Source of the DNA: Oscillospiraceae bacterium
Lineage (GTDB): Bacteria; Bacillota; Clostridia; Oscillospirales; CAG-272
Assembly: GCA_015064255.1 (NCBI GenBank)
Contig: SVSP01000002.1
Location: 127,462-191,461 of the forward strand
Reading direction: 5' to 3'
Length of the DNA: 64,000 bases
The notes under the pieces: generated by a model
Told to the model about the DNA's origin: nothing
The model's input: only the letters and a program-made list of their open reading frames with translations
Database searches by the model: none
Made by a program: the position numbers and the translations under genes
In this document: positions 1-9,328 of the stretch, in pieces
Position numbering within the stretch: position 1 is the stretch's first letter
How the letters are laid out: each line of letters starts with the position of its first letter

Positions 1-43
1 TGTACTCCTCTTGAGTATAGAAAAAAGTATTTGTGATTTTTTT

Positions 44-96
44 GGAACCCTTTTTTGTAAAAAGGGTTCCAAACCTCCCAAAAAACTTTACTTAAA
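44..96 (+). repeat. Modular hairpin element unit (hp2 palindrome + conserved box)
   Basis: Palindrome ggaaccc-ttttttgtaaaaa-gggttcc at 44-70, then tcccaaaaaactttacttaaa at 76-96. Same layout as the units at 3728, 20257, 28191, 38439 and 40559. Confidence 0.8.
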
Positions 97-138
97 TAGA
101 AGGACTAACTTGTTTCAGTAAAGCTTTTGAAAATTAAA

Positions 139-199
139 GAAACTTTTTTCAAAAAGGTTTCCCGAGACCCTTCCAAAAACTTTGCTTAAAGGGGGTCTC
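139..199 (+). repeat. Modular hairpin element unit (hp2 + box enclosed by gagaccc/gggtctc stem)
   Basis: gaaacttttttcaaaaaggtttc at 139-161. Box ttccaaaaactttgcttaaag lies inside the gagaccc...gggtctc stem at 164-199. Confidence 0.75.
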
Positions 200-317
200 T
201 ACAAACGTATTTTCTGTGTTAGCACAGCATAAATTCTTTTGTTTGTCTGAAAAACGGGATTTGATCTTTTCTGATCCCGTTTCACATACTTATTTTGCTT
301 CAAACAGGCTTTTTGCC

Positions 318-346
318 TTGACAAGCATAAAAATCTGTTATATAAT
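318..346 (+). promoter_or_regulatory. Consensus sigma-A type promoter for the ATP-grasp gene
   Basis: TTGACA at 318-323, 17-nt spacer, TATAAT at 341-346, about 70 nt upstream of the ATG at 414. Confidence 0.6.
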
Positions 347-413
347 CAATTTGTTATACAATAATATTATTGCGGAACGCGGAAGATGTTTCGCGGTAAG
401 GAGAAATTATAAT

Positions 414-1424
414 ATGTCAAAACTCGGATATGTTTTGCGCTGCGTGCGTAAAATGAACTATAAGAATATGCTGAATACGGTAAATACCGTGCATAAAAAG
501 TCGGGAAAGAACAGAGTAGGGCTTTTCTGCGATATGGTGTGGTGCGGATTTAAGTACGGAACGGGCCATAGAGATTATGACCTTAACGAGTGGTGGACGC
601 TGAATAAAGCGCAGAGAGCTACCTATATTACAAGAGGAATAAATAACTCTATCGTTACAAGACTCAACGATTCGTCGTATTACCATATTCTCGATAATAA
701 GATACATTTTAACGAGCATTTTTCCGATTGCCTCGGCAGAAAGTGGATAAATCTCGAAAACGCTTCGCTTGAAGAATTTGAGAGCTTTATGGAAAACACC
801 GAAAGCGTAATTGCAAAGCCGATAGACGCGACCTGCGGACAGGGCGTGGTGAAGCTTGTTAAGAGTAATTTCGAGTCGGTTGAAGCTATGTATAATCATA
901 TTAAAGAAGCGAGAGCGTTTCTTGTTGAAGAATACGTTGTTCAGCATAGCGAGATTTCAAAGCTTTATCCGCTGTCGGTAAACACTTTGCGTATCGTTAC
1001 CGTAACCTCGGACGACGGAACACCGCACGTCCTTTATGCGTTTATAAGAATGGGAAACGGCGGAAGAGTTGTGGATAATATAAACGCAGGCGGAATGGCT
1101 GCGCCTATCGACCTTGAAACAGGCAAAATCAGCGGAGTCGCTTTTGATAAGGATTACTCTTATTACGATACTCACCCATATACAGGCACACCGATAGTCG
1201 GACATCAGATACCGTTCTGGAAGGAGTCCTGCGATTTTGCGCTCGAAGCGTGTAAGCGCATTCCTCAGCTTCGTTATATCGGCTGGGACGTTGCGGTTAC
1301 AGAAAACGGACCGACCTTTATAGAGGGTAATCAGCACCCCGGACACGACTTCTTGCAGATGCCCCCGCACGTGCCCGATAAGATCGGAATACTTCCGAGA
1401 TTCAGACAGTTTGTGAATATATAA
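414..1424 (+). CDS. ATP-grasp fold protein (sugar-transfer-associated ATP-grasp-like)
   Basis: ORF 216..1424. The internal ATG at 414 is preceded by AAGGAGA. The C-terminal half resembles ATP-grasp ligases (KP.D...GQGV, NAGGMAAPID, WDVAVTENGP.FIEGN). Confidence 0.55.
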   Translation: MSKLGYVLRCVRKMNYKNMLNTVNTVHKKSGKNRVGLFCDMVWCGFKYGTGHRDYDLNEWWTLNKAQRATYITRGINNSIVTRLNDSSYYHILDNKIHFNEHFSDCLGRKWINLENASLEEFESFMENTESVIAKPIDATCGQGVVKLVKSNFESVEAMYNHIKEARAFLVEEYVVQHSEISKLYPLSVNTLRIVTVTSDDGTPHVLYAFIRMGNGGRVVDNINAGGMAAPIDLETGKISGVAFDKDYSYYDTHPYTGTPIVGHQIPFWKESCDFALEACKRIPQLRYIGWDVAVTENGPTFIEGNQHPGHDFLQMPPHVPDKIGILPRFRQFVNI

Positions 1425-1447
1425 ACTAAGTGAATGTGATTGTGCAT

Positions 1448-1897
1448 ATGAAATTTACAACAATTGAATCTAAAACATCTCCACAGGAGTTAAAAGCGAT
1501 TTTTGACAGAAAAGTGCCTAAAAAATTTTGGGAGATTGATAACGATCAAATTTACGGATATATGAATGATAACAGATTCATATTGGGTGTGAAACTGCAT
1601 TCGCGTAGCGTAAAACAACTGTTTAACGATGAATTGTCAGGATATGTTGAAGATGATGGTACTGTCCGTTATCGTTTTCAGCGCACATTTTTATCTGTGG
1701 CGGCAACTTGTATAGTTCCGCTATTGATTGTCGCTATATGCCTAGTTTTTGGGTGTCTGATATTGCAAACGTACGGAATGTTAATAGGTCTGCCGGCGGC
1801 TCTGCTATTATTTTCGTGTAACTTTGTCAGGTTATCACGCAATAGACGTGATTTAGAAAACTTTTTGATCAATCTTATTAAAAACGAAAAAATATAA
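1448..1897 (+). CDS. Hypothetical small membrane protein (two C-terminal TM segments)
   Basis: ORF 1430..1897; first ATG at 1448. Hydrophobic stretch VAATCIVPLLIVAICLVFGCLILQTYGMLIGLPAALLLF. AT-richer than its neighbours. Confidence 0.45.
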   Translation: MKFTTIESKTSPQELKAIFDRKVPKKFWEIDNDQIYGYMNDNRFILGVKLHSRSVKQLFNDELSGYVEDDGTVRYRFQRTFLSVAATCIVPLLIVAICLVFGCLILQTYGMLIGLPAALLLFSCNFVRLSRNRRDLENFLINLIKNEKI

Positions 1898-1925
1898 AAT
1901 ATCTAAATATAAGGAGAAAAACACA

Positions 1926-3698
1926 ATGAACAAATGGGATCTTTCCTATTTCTTCGCAAATGACGAAGAATTTGAAAAAGCACTTGAAGGCTTAAACGAT
2001 TACCTTCCCAAACTTTCGTCCTACAAGGGACAGCTTTCCGATGAGGCGAAACTCAAAGAATACCTTCTTCTCTCGGACGAGCTTGAAACAAAGCTTTACA
2101 AGGTGTATCAGTACGCTCATCTGAAGAGCGACCTCAACAAAAAGAACGTTGAAAACGCTTCGAAGATGAGTAAAGTAACGATGTTCCTCGCTCTTCTCGG
2201 ACAGACAACATCCTTTGAATCTCCCGAGATTCTTTCGCTCGGAAAGAAAAAGGTAACAGAGTTTATCGACAATAACCCCGAATTTGAAGCGTACCGCTTC
2301 CTTATGGAAAAGCTTTTCAGAGGAAACAAGCACGTTCTCAAAGAAAGAGAAGAAAAGCTTCTTTCTTACTATTCTCCCGTTATGCGTGAAGGCTCGGAGC
2401 TTTATTCCAAGCTTGCGGTAGCAGACGGCAAGGTCAAGACGGTCAAGCTTTCAAACGGCGAAAAGGTTGCAGTAACACAGGGCAACTGGAGATCTCTCAT
2501 CGCAGACGTTCCCACAGCGGCAGACAGAAAGAAAGTATTTGAAGCAATATTTGGCGCATACGAAGAAAATAAGAATACTTACGCCGAAATATACAACCTC
2601 GTAATGAAGAGCGAAATGGCGTCCGTTCAGGCAAGAAATTACTCTTCTATCCTTGAATCCCACCTTTTCGGCAACAATATTCCCACAACCGTGTTCACAA
2701 ATCTCGTAGACGTTGCAGGCAAGCATAATAAGTCTGTTAAGAAGTATTACAAGCTCAGAAAGAAGTATCTCGGACTTAAATCGCACTATTCTTACGACAG
2801 ATTCCTCCAGCTCGCTCACTCGGATAAGAAGTATTCCTACGAAGAAGGAAAGGAACTTTTCTTTAAGTCTATCGAAAATACTCCCGCAGACTTTCAGGCA
2901 AAGGCGCGCGAGGTTCTCAGAGACGGCTTCGTTGACGTTTACGAGCAGGACGGAAAGAGAAGCGGCGCATATTCTTCAAGCGTTTCCGATTCTCACCCCT
3001 TCATTCTTCTCAACTACACAGACACTCTTGACGACGTATTCACACTCGCTCACGAGGCGGGACACTCGATGCACTCGCTCTATTCGCAGGAAGCACAGCC
3101 CGCAAAGCTTCAGCATTATACAATTTTCGTAGCTGAGATCGCTTCTACGTTCAACGAGCATATGCTTCTCGATTACCTCATCAAATCGGGCAATACCACA
3201 AAGAGCGAAAAGATAATGCTTCTCCAAAAGGCAATCGATGAGATCCTCTCTACGTTCTACCGTCAGACACTCTTTGCAAACTATGAGTACACGGTAAGCA
3301 AGATGGTAGAAGAAAACAAGCCTATCAATCACGAGATCCTTTCGGGCATTATGGTAGATCTCTACAAGCAGTACTACGGCATTGATATTACAAAGGAAAA
3401 GGTAAAGCAGTACGTTTGGGCGTATATTCCCCATATGTTCTACACACCTTTCTACGTATATCAGTACGCAACAAGCTTCGCGGCAAGCTTTGCGCTCTAT
3501 TCTGCAGTTAAGGAAAACAAGCCTAACGCATTTGAGAATTATATAAACCTTCTCAAATCGGGCGGAAGCAAGTATCCTATGGAGCAGGCTCGCCTTGCAG
3601 GTATCGACTTCAACAAGAAGGAAACCTTTATGGCAGTTGTACGCAGACTCGACGAGCTTGTTAAGATTCTTGAAGAAACTTTGGCAGAAGAGGAGTAA
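1926..3698 (+). CDS. pepF: Oligoendopeptidase F (M3B zinc metallopeptidase)
   Basis: 590 aa with the HExxH motif TLAHEAGHSMH. Length and overall pattern are typical of PepF. RBS AGGAGAAA lies upstream. Confidence 0.85.
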   Translation: MNKWDLSYFFANDEEFEKALEGLNDYLPKLSSYKGQLSDEAKLKEYLLLSDELETKLYKVYQYAHLKSDLNKKNVENASKMSKVTMFLALLGQTTSFESPEILSLGKKKVTEFIDNNPEFEAYRFLMEKLFRGNKHVLKEREEKLLSYYSPVMREGSELYSKLAVADGKVKTVKLSNGEKVAVTQGNWRSLIADVPTAADRKKVFEAIFGAYEENKNTYAEIYNLVMKSEMASVQARNYSSILESHLFGNNIPTTVFTNLVDVAGKHNKSVKKYYKLRKKYLGLKSHYSYDRFLQLAHSDKKYSYEEGKELFFKSIENTPADFQAKAREVLRDGFVDVYEQDGKRSGAYSSSVSDSHPFILLNYTDTLDDVFTLAHEAGHSMHSLYSQEAQPAKLQHYTIFVAEIASTFNEHMLLDYLIKSGNTTKSEKIMLLQKAIDEILSTFYRQTLFANYEYTVSKMVEENKPINHEILSGIMVDLYKQYYGIDITKEKVKQYVWAYIPHMFYTPFYVYQYATSFAASFALYSAVKENKPNAFENYINLLKSGGSKYPMEQARLAGIDFNKKETFMAVVRRLDELVKILEETLAEEE

Positions 3699-3701
3699 TT
3701 T

Positions 3702-3780
3702 CTCGGGGCTTTGCCCCGAGCCCCCCACCAAACCCCTTTTTGAAAAAAGGGGTTGGATCCCCAAAAACTTTTCTGAAAAG
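3702..3780 (+). repeat. Modular hairpin element, forward unit (hp1 + hp2 + box)
   Basis: hp1 ctcggggctttgccccgag at 3702-3720; hp2 ccaaacccctttttgaaaaaaggggttgg at 3728-3756; box ccccaaaaacttttctgaaaag at 3759-3780. Starts 4 nt after the pepF stop. Confidence 0.85.
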
Positions 3781-3794
3781 GTAAGAATAAAAAT

Positions 3795-3830
3795 AACCCC
3801 GACAGATTTCTGTCGGGGTTATGTGTTTTT
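3795..3830. terminator. Bidirectional intrinsic terminator (pepF / TPR gene)
   Basis: aaccccgacagatttctgtcggggtt stem-loop with a T-run on the + strand and an A-run upstream. Lies between convergent genes. Confidence 0.7.
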
Positions 3831-4636
3831 TAAATATTTTCAAGCATTTTCTTTGCCTGCTCGACCATATAAAGCTTGTTTCCGTTTTCGACGATGAAAT
3901 CAAGCTTTTCCTTTGCTTTTTCTTTTTCACCGAGTCCGATATAGACCTTCGCATATACCATAGATGCGCAAACGCTGTCGAGTAGAGTTTTTCCTTTGAA
4001 GCTTTCAAGTGTTTCGAGTGCGGCTTTGAACTCTTTTTTTCTTAAATTTTCCAAAGCTTTTGCGAGAATTATCTCTTTGGAGTTTGACATACCCAGCTTT
4101 TTTGCGGAAATCATTGTTTTTTCGTGCCATAGAGACGCGTTTTCGAAGTCTCCGAGCTCGTCATACGCATCGGACATATTGTTGTAGTATATCATATTGA
4201 TAAATCCGCGGTAAGGTGAGAGAAACTTGTATTTGTCGGTGTCAAAAGTTTCAAGTGTTTCAATTACCCCGGAATATTCTCCCATATACCCGAGCGCGAC
4301 CGTGTAGTTGAGCAGAACGAGCTGATTTGCCACGCCGTGCTTTACGTACTTTAACTGCTCTTTTGTTTCGCTGAGCAGAGGAGTCGGGTCGCAGCCTTCG
4401 CTAAGTGCTTTTGACGCGGTCCGCATCAGCCTGTCCGAGGATGATTCTACAAAGCCGAATGATAAAACCGCAAAAAAGAGATAAAAGATAGCGTATATCC
4501 ACGCATCTGATCGTATTTTCCACAGAAAAGGTGAAATTGCCGCGCACAAAACGGCGGTTATTATTACAGTTGAAATGAGTTTGTGTTTTAGAAGTAACCG
4601 GTACATTTTAAGCCTCTGAATAACGTCTCTCGGCAA
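3830..4636 (-). CDS. Hypothetical membrane protein with TPR-like C-terminal repeats
   Basis: 268 aa with two N-terminal TM helices followed by helical-repeat-like sequence. No recognisable catalytic motif. Confidence 0.4.
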   Translation of the reverse strand: MPRDVIQRLKMYRLLLKHKLISTVIITAVLCAAISPFLWKIRSDAWIYAIFYLFFAVLSFGFVESSSDRLMRTASKALSEGCDPTPLLSETKEQLKYVKHGVANQLVLLNYTVALGYMGEYSGVIETLETFDTDKYKFLSPYRGFINMIYYNNMSDAYDELGDFENASLWHEKTMISAKKLGMSNSKEIILAKALENLRKKEFKAALETLESFKGKTLLDSVCASMVYAKVYIGLGEKEKAKEKLDFIVENGNKLYMVEQAKKMLENI

Positions 4637-4726
4637 CTGCCTTGCTGCCGAGCGAAAGTAAGATATATTTTAACACAAATCCGTGAAAAAATCAATAACA
4701 AATGTTACAGATATTGTTATTTGTCG

Positions 4727-4763
4727 AAAAAAACGGTTTCGAATTCCGAAACCGTTTTTTGTT
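4727..4763. terminator. Intrinsic terminator downstream of the GH2 gene
   Basis: aacggtttcgaattccgaaaccgtt at 4732-4756, flanked by an A-run and a T-run, immediately after the GH2 stop at 4764-4766. Confidence 0.75.
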
Positions 4764-7544
4764 TTACAGAATACTGAACGAAAACTCCTTTTCTCCGCCG
4801 TAAATACCTGCTTTTCCCGCATTTGCGCGGATAATAATAGTGATTTCAAAGCTGTCATCGCCGCAGGTGTCGAAATATATCTTTCGTCTTGTCGGCCAAG
4901 GATTCTGACTTCCCGTGTAATCTGACAGGTCGCTGTCAACAAGCCTTCCGTTTATCCAGACCTCATATTCGAGATAAACGATATGTCCGATACTGAGAAG
5001 TGCCTTTTTGTTTTCGCCCCTGATGGTCGGAATTTTCACCGTGTGACGGTAGAATTTCCAACCCTTGTCGAAATCCTGGAAGCTTCGAACCTCCATCTTC
5101 CACGAAACGAAGTTGTTCATATCGGTATCGGAAAGAACCATATTCGGGTCGGGCTTCTCGGGGAAGGTTACGTTTGAAACGGTTATCTCGTCTATCTTTC
5201 TTCCGTAGCTTTCGGGAAGATAAATATCCTGCTTCGCGTTTACAATGTCGAAGGTTATCGTTTCATCGGCGCATCCTTCACAGGAGATTACAACCGAAGC
5301 TTTCTCGGCACGGTCTTTTACCTGCATTATAGCCTGACATCTTCCTGCAAAAAGGTATCTTTCGCTTGCTTTTTCGGCTTCGTGGCTGTTTGGATTGCCG
5401 TTTCCGACGCCGATTATCTCACAGTCCCCTATAGCCTTGAATTTTATAAGATTGTCTGCATTGTGAACTACGCTTCCTGATGCATCGGTGAGGTAAACGT
5501 CTATGGCAGAAGCGTCCTTTCCGCTGTTGTCAAGCACTGCTTTGTGAGCCGTTGCAATAATTCTTGAGGGTGCGGACGGTGTTCTGAGTGTGTCCTCGCA
5601 GACTATTTCTCCGTCCTTGTATCCGATAGCGTTAAGTACGCCCGGAACAAATTCGATCTCCCAGTAGCACTGCGATGAGAGCTTGGACTCGCGTCTTCCG
5701 AGCGACTCCCCGTTGAGATAAAGCTCTACCTCGTCTGCGTTTGTTACGGTCATTATCTTGACCTTTTCGCCCTCTTTGTGATTCCAGTGGTGGAGTATTT
5801 TCATCATAGGCTCGTCTGTGAAGCAAGCGCGCATTACGTGTGCAGATGCTTTAGGGTATCCGCAGAGATCGAAAACTCCGAAAAGGGAAACAACCGTCGG
5901 GTACTTGAAGGGAGTGGGCTCTCCGCGGTAGTCAAATCCGGTCCAGATGAAGAGTCCTGCGATCCACTCACGCTCGGAAAGTACCTTCCACGCATCCTGC
6001 ATAGTGCAGCCCCACGGCACCGTATAGCTGTCAAAATCTTCGATGAGATTGTTGTCGAGATCTCTTGTCTGCTGTCCGCGGATCGCAAGTGCCGAAAGAT
6101 TTTCGCTTCCCGTTGTGGGTATGTTCGGATATTCGGCGCGGATCTTATCTACCGAAGCGTGGTTGTAATTTACGCCGAAAACGTCCATTTCGTATATTGC
6201 GCCCGTGCCTGTGTAGAAATTCGTGTTTTGCGCGGCAGTTGTCGGACGCGTAGGATCGAGCTTTTTTATCGCACTCTTGAGTCGTGCGTAAAGAGTACTC
6301 GATTCCTCGCTGCCCTGTATTGCCTCTTCGTTGAATATCGACCACATAATAACGCTCGGATGGTTGCGGTCGCGCTTTACCATAGTGCGGATGTTGAGAA
6401 GAGTATCGTCGTTTGCTTCAAATCGGCGGTTTTCGTCCATAACGAGTATTCCGTATTTGTCGCACGCGTCTAAAATTTCGCGCGCGGGAATATTGTGAGC
6501 ACATCTGTAGGCATTTACTCCCCACTCCTTGAGGATCTGTATTCTCATATCCTGAATGGAATCGGGGACGGCTACGCCGACACCCGCGTGGTCCTGATGA
6601 CAGCAAACGCCCTTGAGAAGAATATGTCTGCCGTTTAAGAAAAATCCCTTTTCGTTGTCAAAATAGAACGTTCTGAAGCCGAAATTCGTACTGTCCTCGT
6701 CAAGAAGCTCGTTTTCGCGGTAGATGCGGGCAAATGCCTTGTAGAGATTCGGCTCGTTAATATCCCAAATATCGGGGTCTTCGACGGTCATTTCAAGCTT
6801 TACAGTCTTTGTTTCGTCGAAATCCATAGAGTTGTTCTTTTTCGCTACGGCAACGCTTTCACCGTATCTGTCGAAAAGCTCTACCTCGACAGTAAACTCT
6901 CCGCTTGGCGTGTATGCGCTGTTTTCGACCTCAATTTCGGCAAATACACTCCATTTGTTGCCGTCGCCCTTGACAGGATTTATCCACAATCCGTTGTGCG
7001 CGATGTGGAGAAGCTCTTTCGCGTAGAGCTTTACGTGTCTGTAAATTCCCGTGCCTTCGTACCACCATCCTTCACAGCTTTTGCCGTCTACCTCTACAGA
7101 GATCAGGTTCGCGCTTTTGCCGAATTTGACACGGGGTGTGATGTCAAGAACGGTTTCGCTGTACGCGCTCGTAGAGCGTCCCGCGAGCGAACCGTTGAAA
7201 TATATATTGGAAAAAACCGAAATTCCTTCAAAAACGAGGGTAAAATGCTTGTTTATGTATTCAGTAGGCATTTCAAAGCTTTTTCTGTACCATACGTTTT
7301 CTCTTATCTTCGAGCCGTGAGAGGGCGGTGTGCTGTCATCGAATCCGACCTCGACTCTTCGGTCGTGAGGAAGATCAACTATGCGCCAATCGTCGTCGTT
7401 GTATTTGAAGCCCGCTTCGCCGTGTGCTGCACCCGTCTTAACGCTTGAATATATTTCGGCGTGGCTGTTCGCACCGTTTTCGATGTTGGTATCGTCCACA
7501 GCCTTGAATTTCCAGTTTTTATCTGCGTTAAATAAAGTTCTCAT
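4764..7544 (-). CDS. Glycoside hydrolase family 2 (beta-galactosidase/beta-glucuronidase-like)
   Basis: ORF 4764..7676; start set at the ATG at 7544 (MRTLFNADKNWKF) with GGAG upstream. Shows a GH2 sugar-binding/TIM-barrel pattern (NAYRCAHN, HPSVIMWSIFNE). Confidence 0.8.
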   Translation of the reverse strand: MRTLFNADKNWKFKAVDDTNIENGANSHAEIYSSVKTGAAHGEAGFKYNDDDWRIVDLPHDRRVEVGFDDSTPPSHGSKIRENVWYRKSFEMPTEYINKHFTLVFEGISVFSNIYFNGSLAGRSTSAYSETVLDITPRVKFGKSANLISVEVDGKSCEGWWYEGTGIYRHVKLYAKELLHIAHNGLWINPVKGDGNKWSVFAEIEVENSAYTPSGEFTVEVELFDRYGESVAVAKKNNSMDFDETKTVKLEMTVEDPDIWDINEPNLYKAFARIYRENELLDEDSTNFGFRTFYFDNEKGFFLNGRHILLKGVCCHQDHAGVGVAVPDSIQDMRIQILKEWGVNAYRCAHNIPAREILDACDKYGILVMDENRRFEANDDTLLNIRTMVKRDRNHPSVIMWSIFNEEAIQGSEESSTLYARLKSAIKKLDPTRPTTAAQNTNFYTGTGAIYEMDVFGVNYNHASVDKIRAEYPNIPTTGSENLSALAIRGQQTRDLDNNLIEDFDSYTVPWGCTMQDAWKVLSEREWIAGLFIWTGFDYRGEPTPFKYPTVVSLFGVFDLCGYPKASAHVMRACFTDEPMMKILHHWNHKEGEKVKIMTVTNADEVELYLNGESLGRRESKLSSQCYWEIEFVPGVLNAIGYKDGEIVCEDTLRTPSAPSRIIATAHKAVLDNSGKDASAIDVYLTDASGSVVHNADNLIKFKAIGDCEIIGVGNGNPNSHEAEKASERYLFAGRCQAIMQVKDRAEKASVVISCEGCADETITFDIVNAKQDIYLPESYGRKIDEITVSNVTFPEKPDPNMVLSDTDMNNFVSWKMEVRSFQDFDKGWKFYRHTVKIPTIRGENKKALLSIGHIVYLEYEVWINGRLVDSDLSDYTGSQNPWPTRRKIYFDTCGDDSFEITIIIRANAGKAGIYGGEKEFSFSIL

Positions 7545-7676
7545 AGTGTGAAAAATCTCCTTTACTTTATCGTTCCATCGATTGTAGCATATTTTGGGGG
7601 CTTTGTCAACAAGAAAGCAAGTGAAGGTATTAATTGATAAAAATGACAAAAATTCAAATAAATTTTCAAATCCCAC

Positions 7677-7704
7677 TTGTATTTTTTTGAAATTGTGGTA
7701 TAAT
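7677..7704 (+). promoter_or_regulatory. Extended -10 promoter for the decarboxylase cluster
   Basis: TTGTAT at 7677-7682, 16-nt spacer, TGgTATAAT ending at 7704. Followed by a leader of about 200 nt before the ATG at 7909. Confidence 0.5.
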
Positions 7705-7908
7705 CAATTTTAGAATGGGGTAGGATGTTGGTTTTGTGTAAAATATACCCGAGCAGAGCATCCGAAGTCTGTTCTGTGTGTATGAGAATTTCGGTAAAAA
7801 GATATTCTTATATACAAAAAAGTACTTATCAGCCTCGGGCTGAAACAATAAAAAGTGAGAAAGGGTTTTGTTCACTGAAAAAAGTGGACAGCAAGGTAAG
7901 TTGGTTCT

Positions 7909-9273
7909 ATGAGCAACACAAACAAAAGCATATCCCTGCTCTTCGACGAAGGTACGTTTGTTGAAACCGGAGCCTATATCACAGTAGGAAATGACGACTC
8001 CAAGAAGTCGGGCGCTACTTGTGGCTACGGTGCTATAAACGGTGCTCTGGTCTTTGCGTTTGCACAGGACTTTTCTGTCGAAAAGGGCGCGCTCGGAAGA
8101 GCACAGGCTGAAAAAATTTGCGCACTTTACGATATGGCACTTAAAAACGGAGCTCCCGTTATAGGAGTATTCAGCAGTGCCGGCGTAAGAGTTAAGGAAG
8201 GAAGCGCAGTTCTCGGAGCATACGGTAAGCTTCTCGCAAAGATAAACGCGGCTTCCGGAGTTATTCCGCAGATCGCAGTTGTTGATGAAGTTTGTTCCGG
8301 TCTTTCGGCAACAGCGGCATCTATGTTCGATATCGTTATAGCGGACAGCGCATCTAAATTCTACATTACACCTCCCGGTGTTGCAAAGGTAAACGGTGTT
8401 TCCGAAGCGGGAAGCGCGGCATATGCCTTTGAAAACGGAAATATTGATATAGTTTGCGAAGGTAAGGAAGATTCTCTCGCAAAGGCACGCGATATCGTAT
8501 CCGTGCTTCCTCAGAATTCTGCTCAGGGCTATGCGTATGCGGAAGCAGATGACGACGCTTGCAGAGTAACTGCAGAGCTTGAAAACGCAAAGGACGTACG
8601 CGAAGCGGCAGCAATTATTGCAGATAACGGTCATTATACCGAGCTTAAGGCTGATTTTGCACCGAACGCTCTTACGGCTATCGCATCTCTCGGTCAGATC
8701 ACAGTAGGTATCTGCGGTCTCGGCGGAGCACTCGGCGCACCTGAAGCGAAGAAGATCTCTTCTTTCATTTCCTTCTGCGATAACTTCTCTATGCCTGTAA
8801 TTACAGTTCTCGACAGCTGCGGTGCAGATCACGAATCGGGCGATGAAATTCTCCCCGGAGAATTTGCAAAGCTTGCTTCGGCTTATGCAGGCGCAAACTG
8901 TCCTAAGATCACATATATTCTCGGTAAGGCTTACGGTGCGGCATTCACTCTCGTTGGCTCGAAGGCACTCGGCGCAGATATGGTTTACGCTGCTCCCAAG
9001 GCTGAAATCAGTGTGCTTTCTCCCGAAGCTTCGGTACAGTTTATGTTTGCAGACGAGATAAAGGCTGCTGACGACAGTGCCGCAAAGCGTGCAGAGCTTC
9101 TTAAGAAGTGGAAGAGCGAAGAAGCGCTTCCCGAAAAGGCTGCAGCAAACGGCTCTATCGATGACGTTGTTGCGTACGCAGAAACAAGAGCAAGAATTAT
9201 CTCTGCTGTTGAAATGCTCTTTGCAAAAATCTCGGGAAATCCCGCAAAGAAGCATTCAAAGCTTCCTTTCTGA
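7909..9273 (+). CDS. Acyl-CoA carboxyltransferase (12S / MmdA / PccB-like), short and divergent
   Basis: 454 aa with a two-lobed carboxyltransferase pattern (LLFDEGTFVE, GYGAINGALVFAFAQDF, NGAPVIGVFSSAGVRVKEG). An in-frame stop 12 nt upstream fixes the N-terminus. Confidence 0.7.
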   Translation: MSNTNKSISLLFDEGTFVETGAYITVGNDDSKKSGATCGYGAINGALVFAFAQDFSVEKGALGRAQAEKICALYDMALKNGAPVIGVFSSAGVRVKEGSAVLGAYGKLLAKINAASGVIPQIAVVDEVCSGLSATAASMFDIVIADSASKFYITPPGVAKVNGVSEAGSAAYAFENGNIDIVCEGKEDSLAKARDIVSVLPQNSAQGYAYAEADDDACRVTAELENAKDVREAAAIIADNGHYTELKADFAPNALTAIASLGQITVGICGLGGALGAPEAKKISSFISFCDNFSMPVITVLDSCGADHESGDEILPGEFAKLASAYAGANCPKITYILGKAYGAAFTLVGSKALGADMVYAAPKAEISVLSPEASVQFMFADEIKAADDSAAKRAELLKKWKSEEALPEKAAANGSIDDVVAYAETRARIISAVEMLFAKISGNPAKKHSKLPF

Positions 9274-9328
9274 GTTTAAAACTCGGAAACTAAAATTAAA
9301 CTAATGATGAAAGGGGAAAATTTACGAT

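Noticed and set aside
216-413. N-terminal extensions given by the ORF track (216, 7676, 22634, 23552, 29300, 32630, 38536, 52602, 61682, 63775).
   Set aside because: Internal ATG or GTG codons with proper Shine-Dalgarno sequences coincide with the conserved N-termini of the families. The extensions run through promoters, terminators or repeat elements.
3595-4008. Small ORFs whose peptides recur across loci (e.g. KPFLKKGF.NPKNFS in 3595-3897, 20101-20364 and 28319-28513; FFKKF.SGFQGQRPW in 27899-28306, 38406-38657 and 19494-20294).
   Set aside because: The shared peptides are simply translations of the repeated hairpin element. Variation between copies follows palindromic base-pairing, not codon structure, and the ORFs have no RBS or consistent start. 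They are read as non-coding repeats.
4670-4942. Small ORFs 4683-4925 (+) and 4670-4942 (-) between the TPR gene and the GH2 gene.
   Set aside because: They overlap the GH2 3' end and the 4732-4756 terminator hairpin, and have no RBS or recognisable domain.
7666-9255. 529-aa Cys-rich ORF on the minus strand. Similar long antisense ORFs occur at 11507-12886 (459 aa), 16472-17695 (407 aa), 53499-54662 (387 aa), 50927-51952 (341 aa), 18359-19222, 19494-20294, 13368-14162, 21588-22370, 38856-39626 and 42374-43120.
   Set aside because: Each lies entirely antisense to a gene with clear family motifs. Their translations are low-complexity (Cys/Arg/Val/Phe-rich) with no motifs or RBS. The sense genes avoid the TTA, CTA and TCA codons, which keeps the codon-aligned antisense frame free of stops. 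They are a codon-usage artefact, not overlapping genes.
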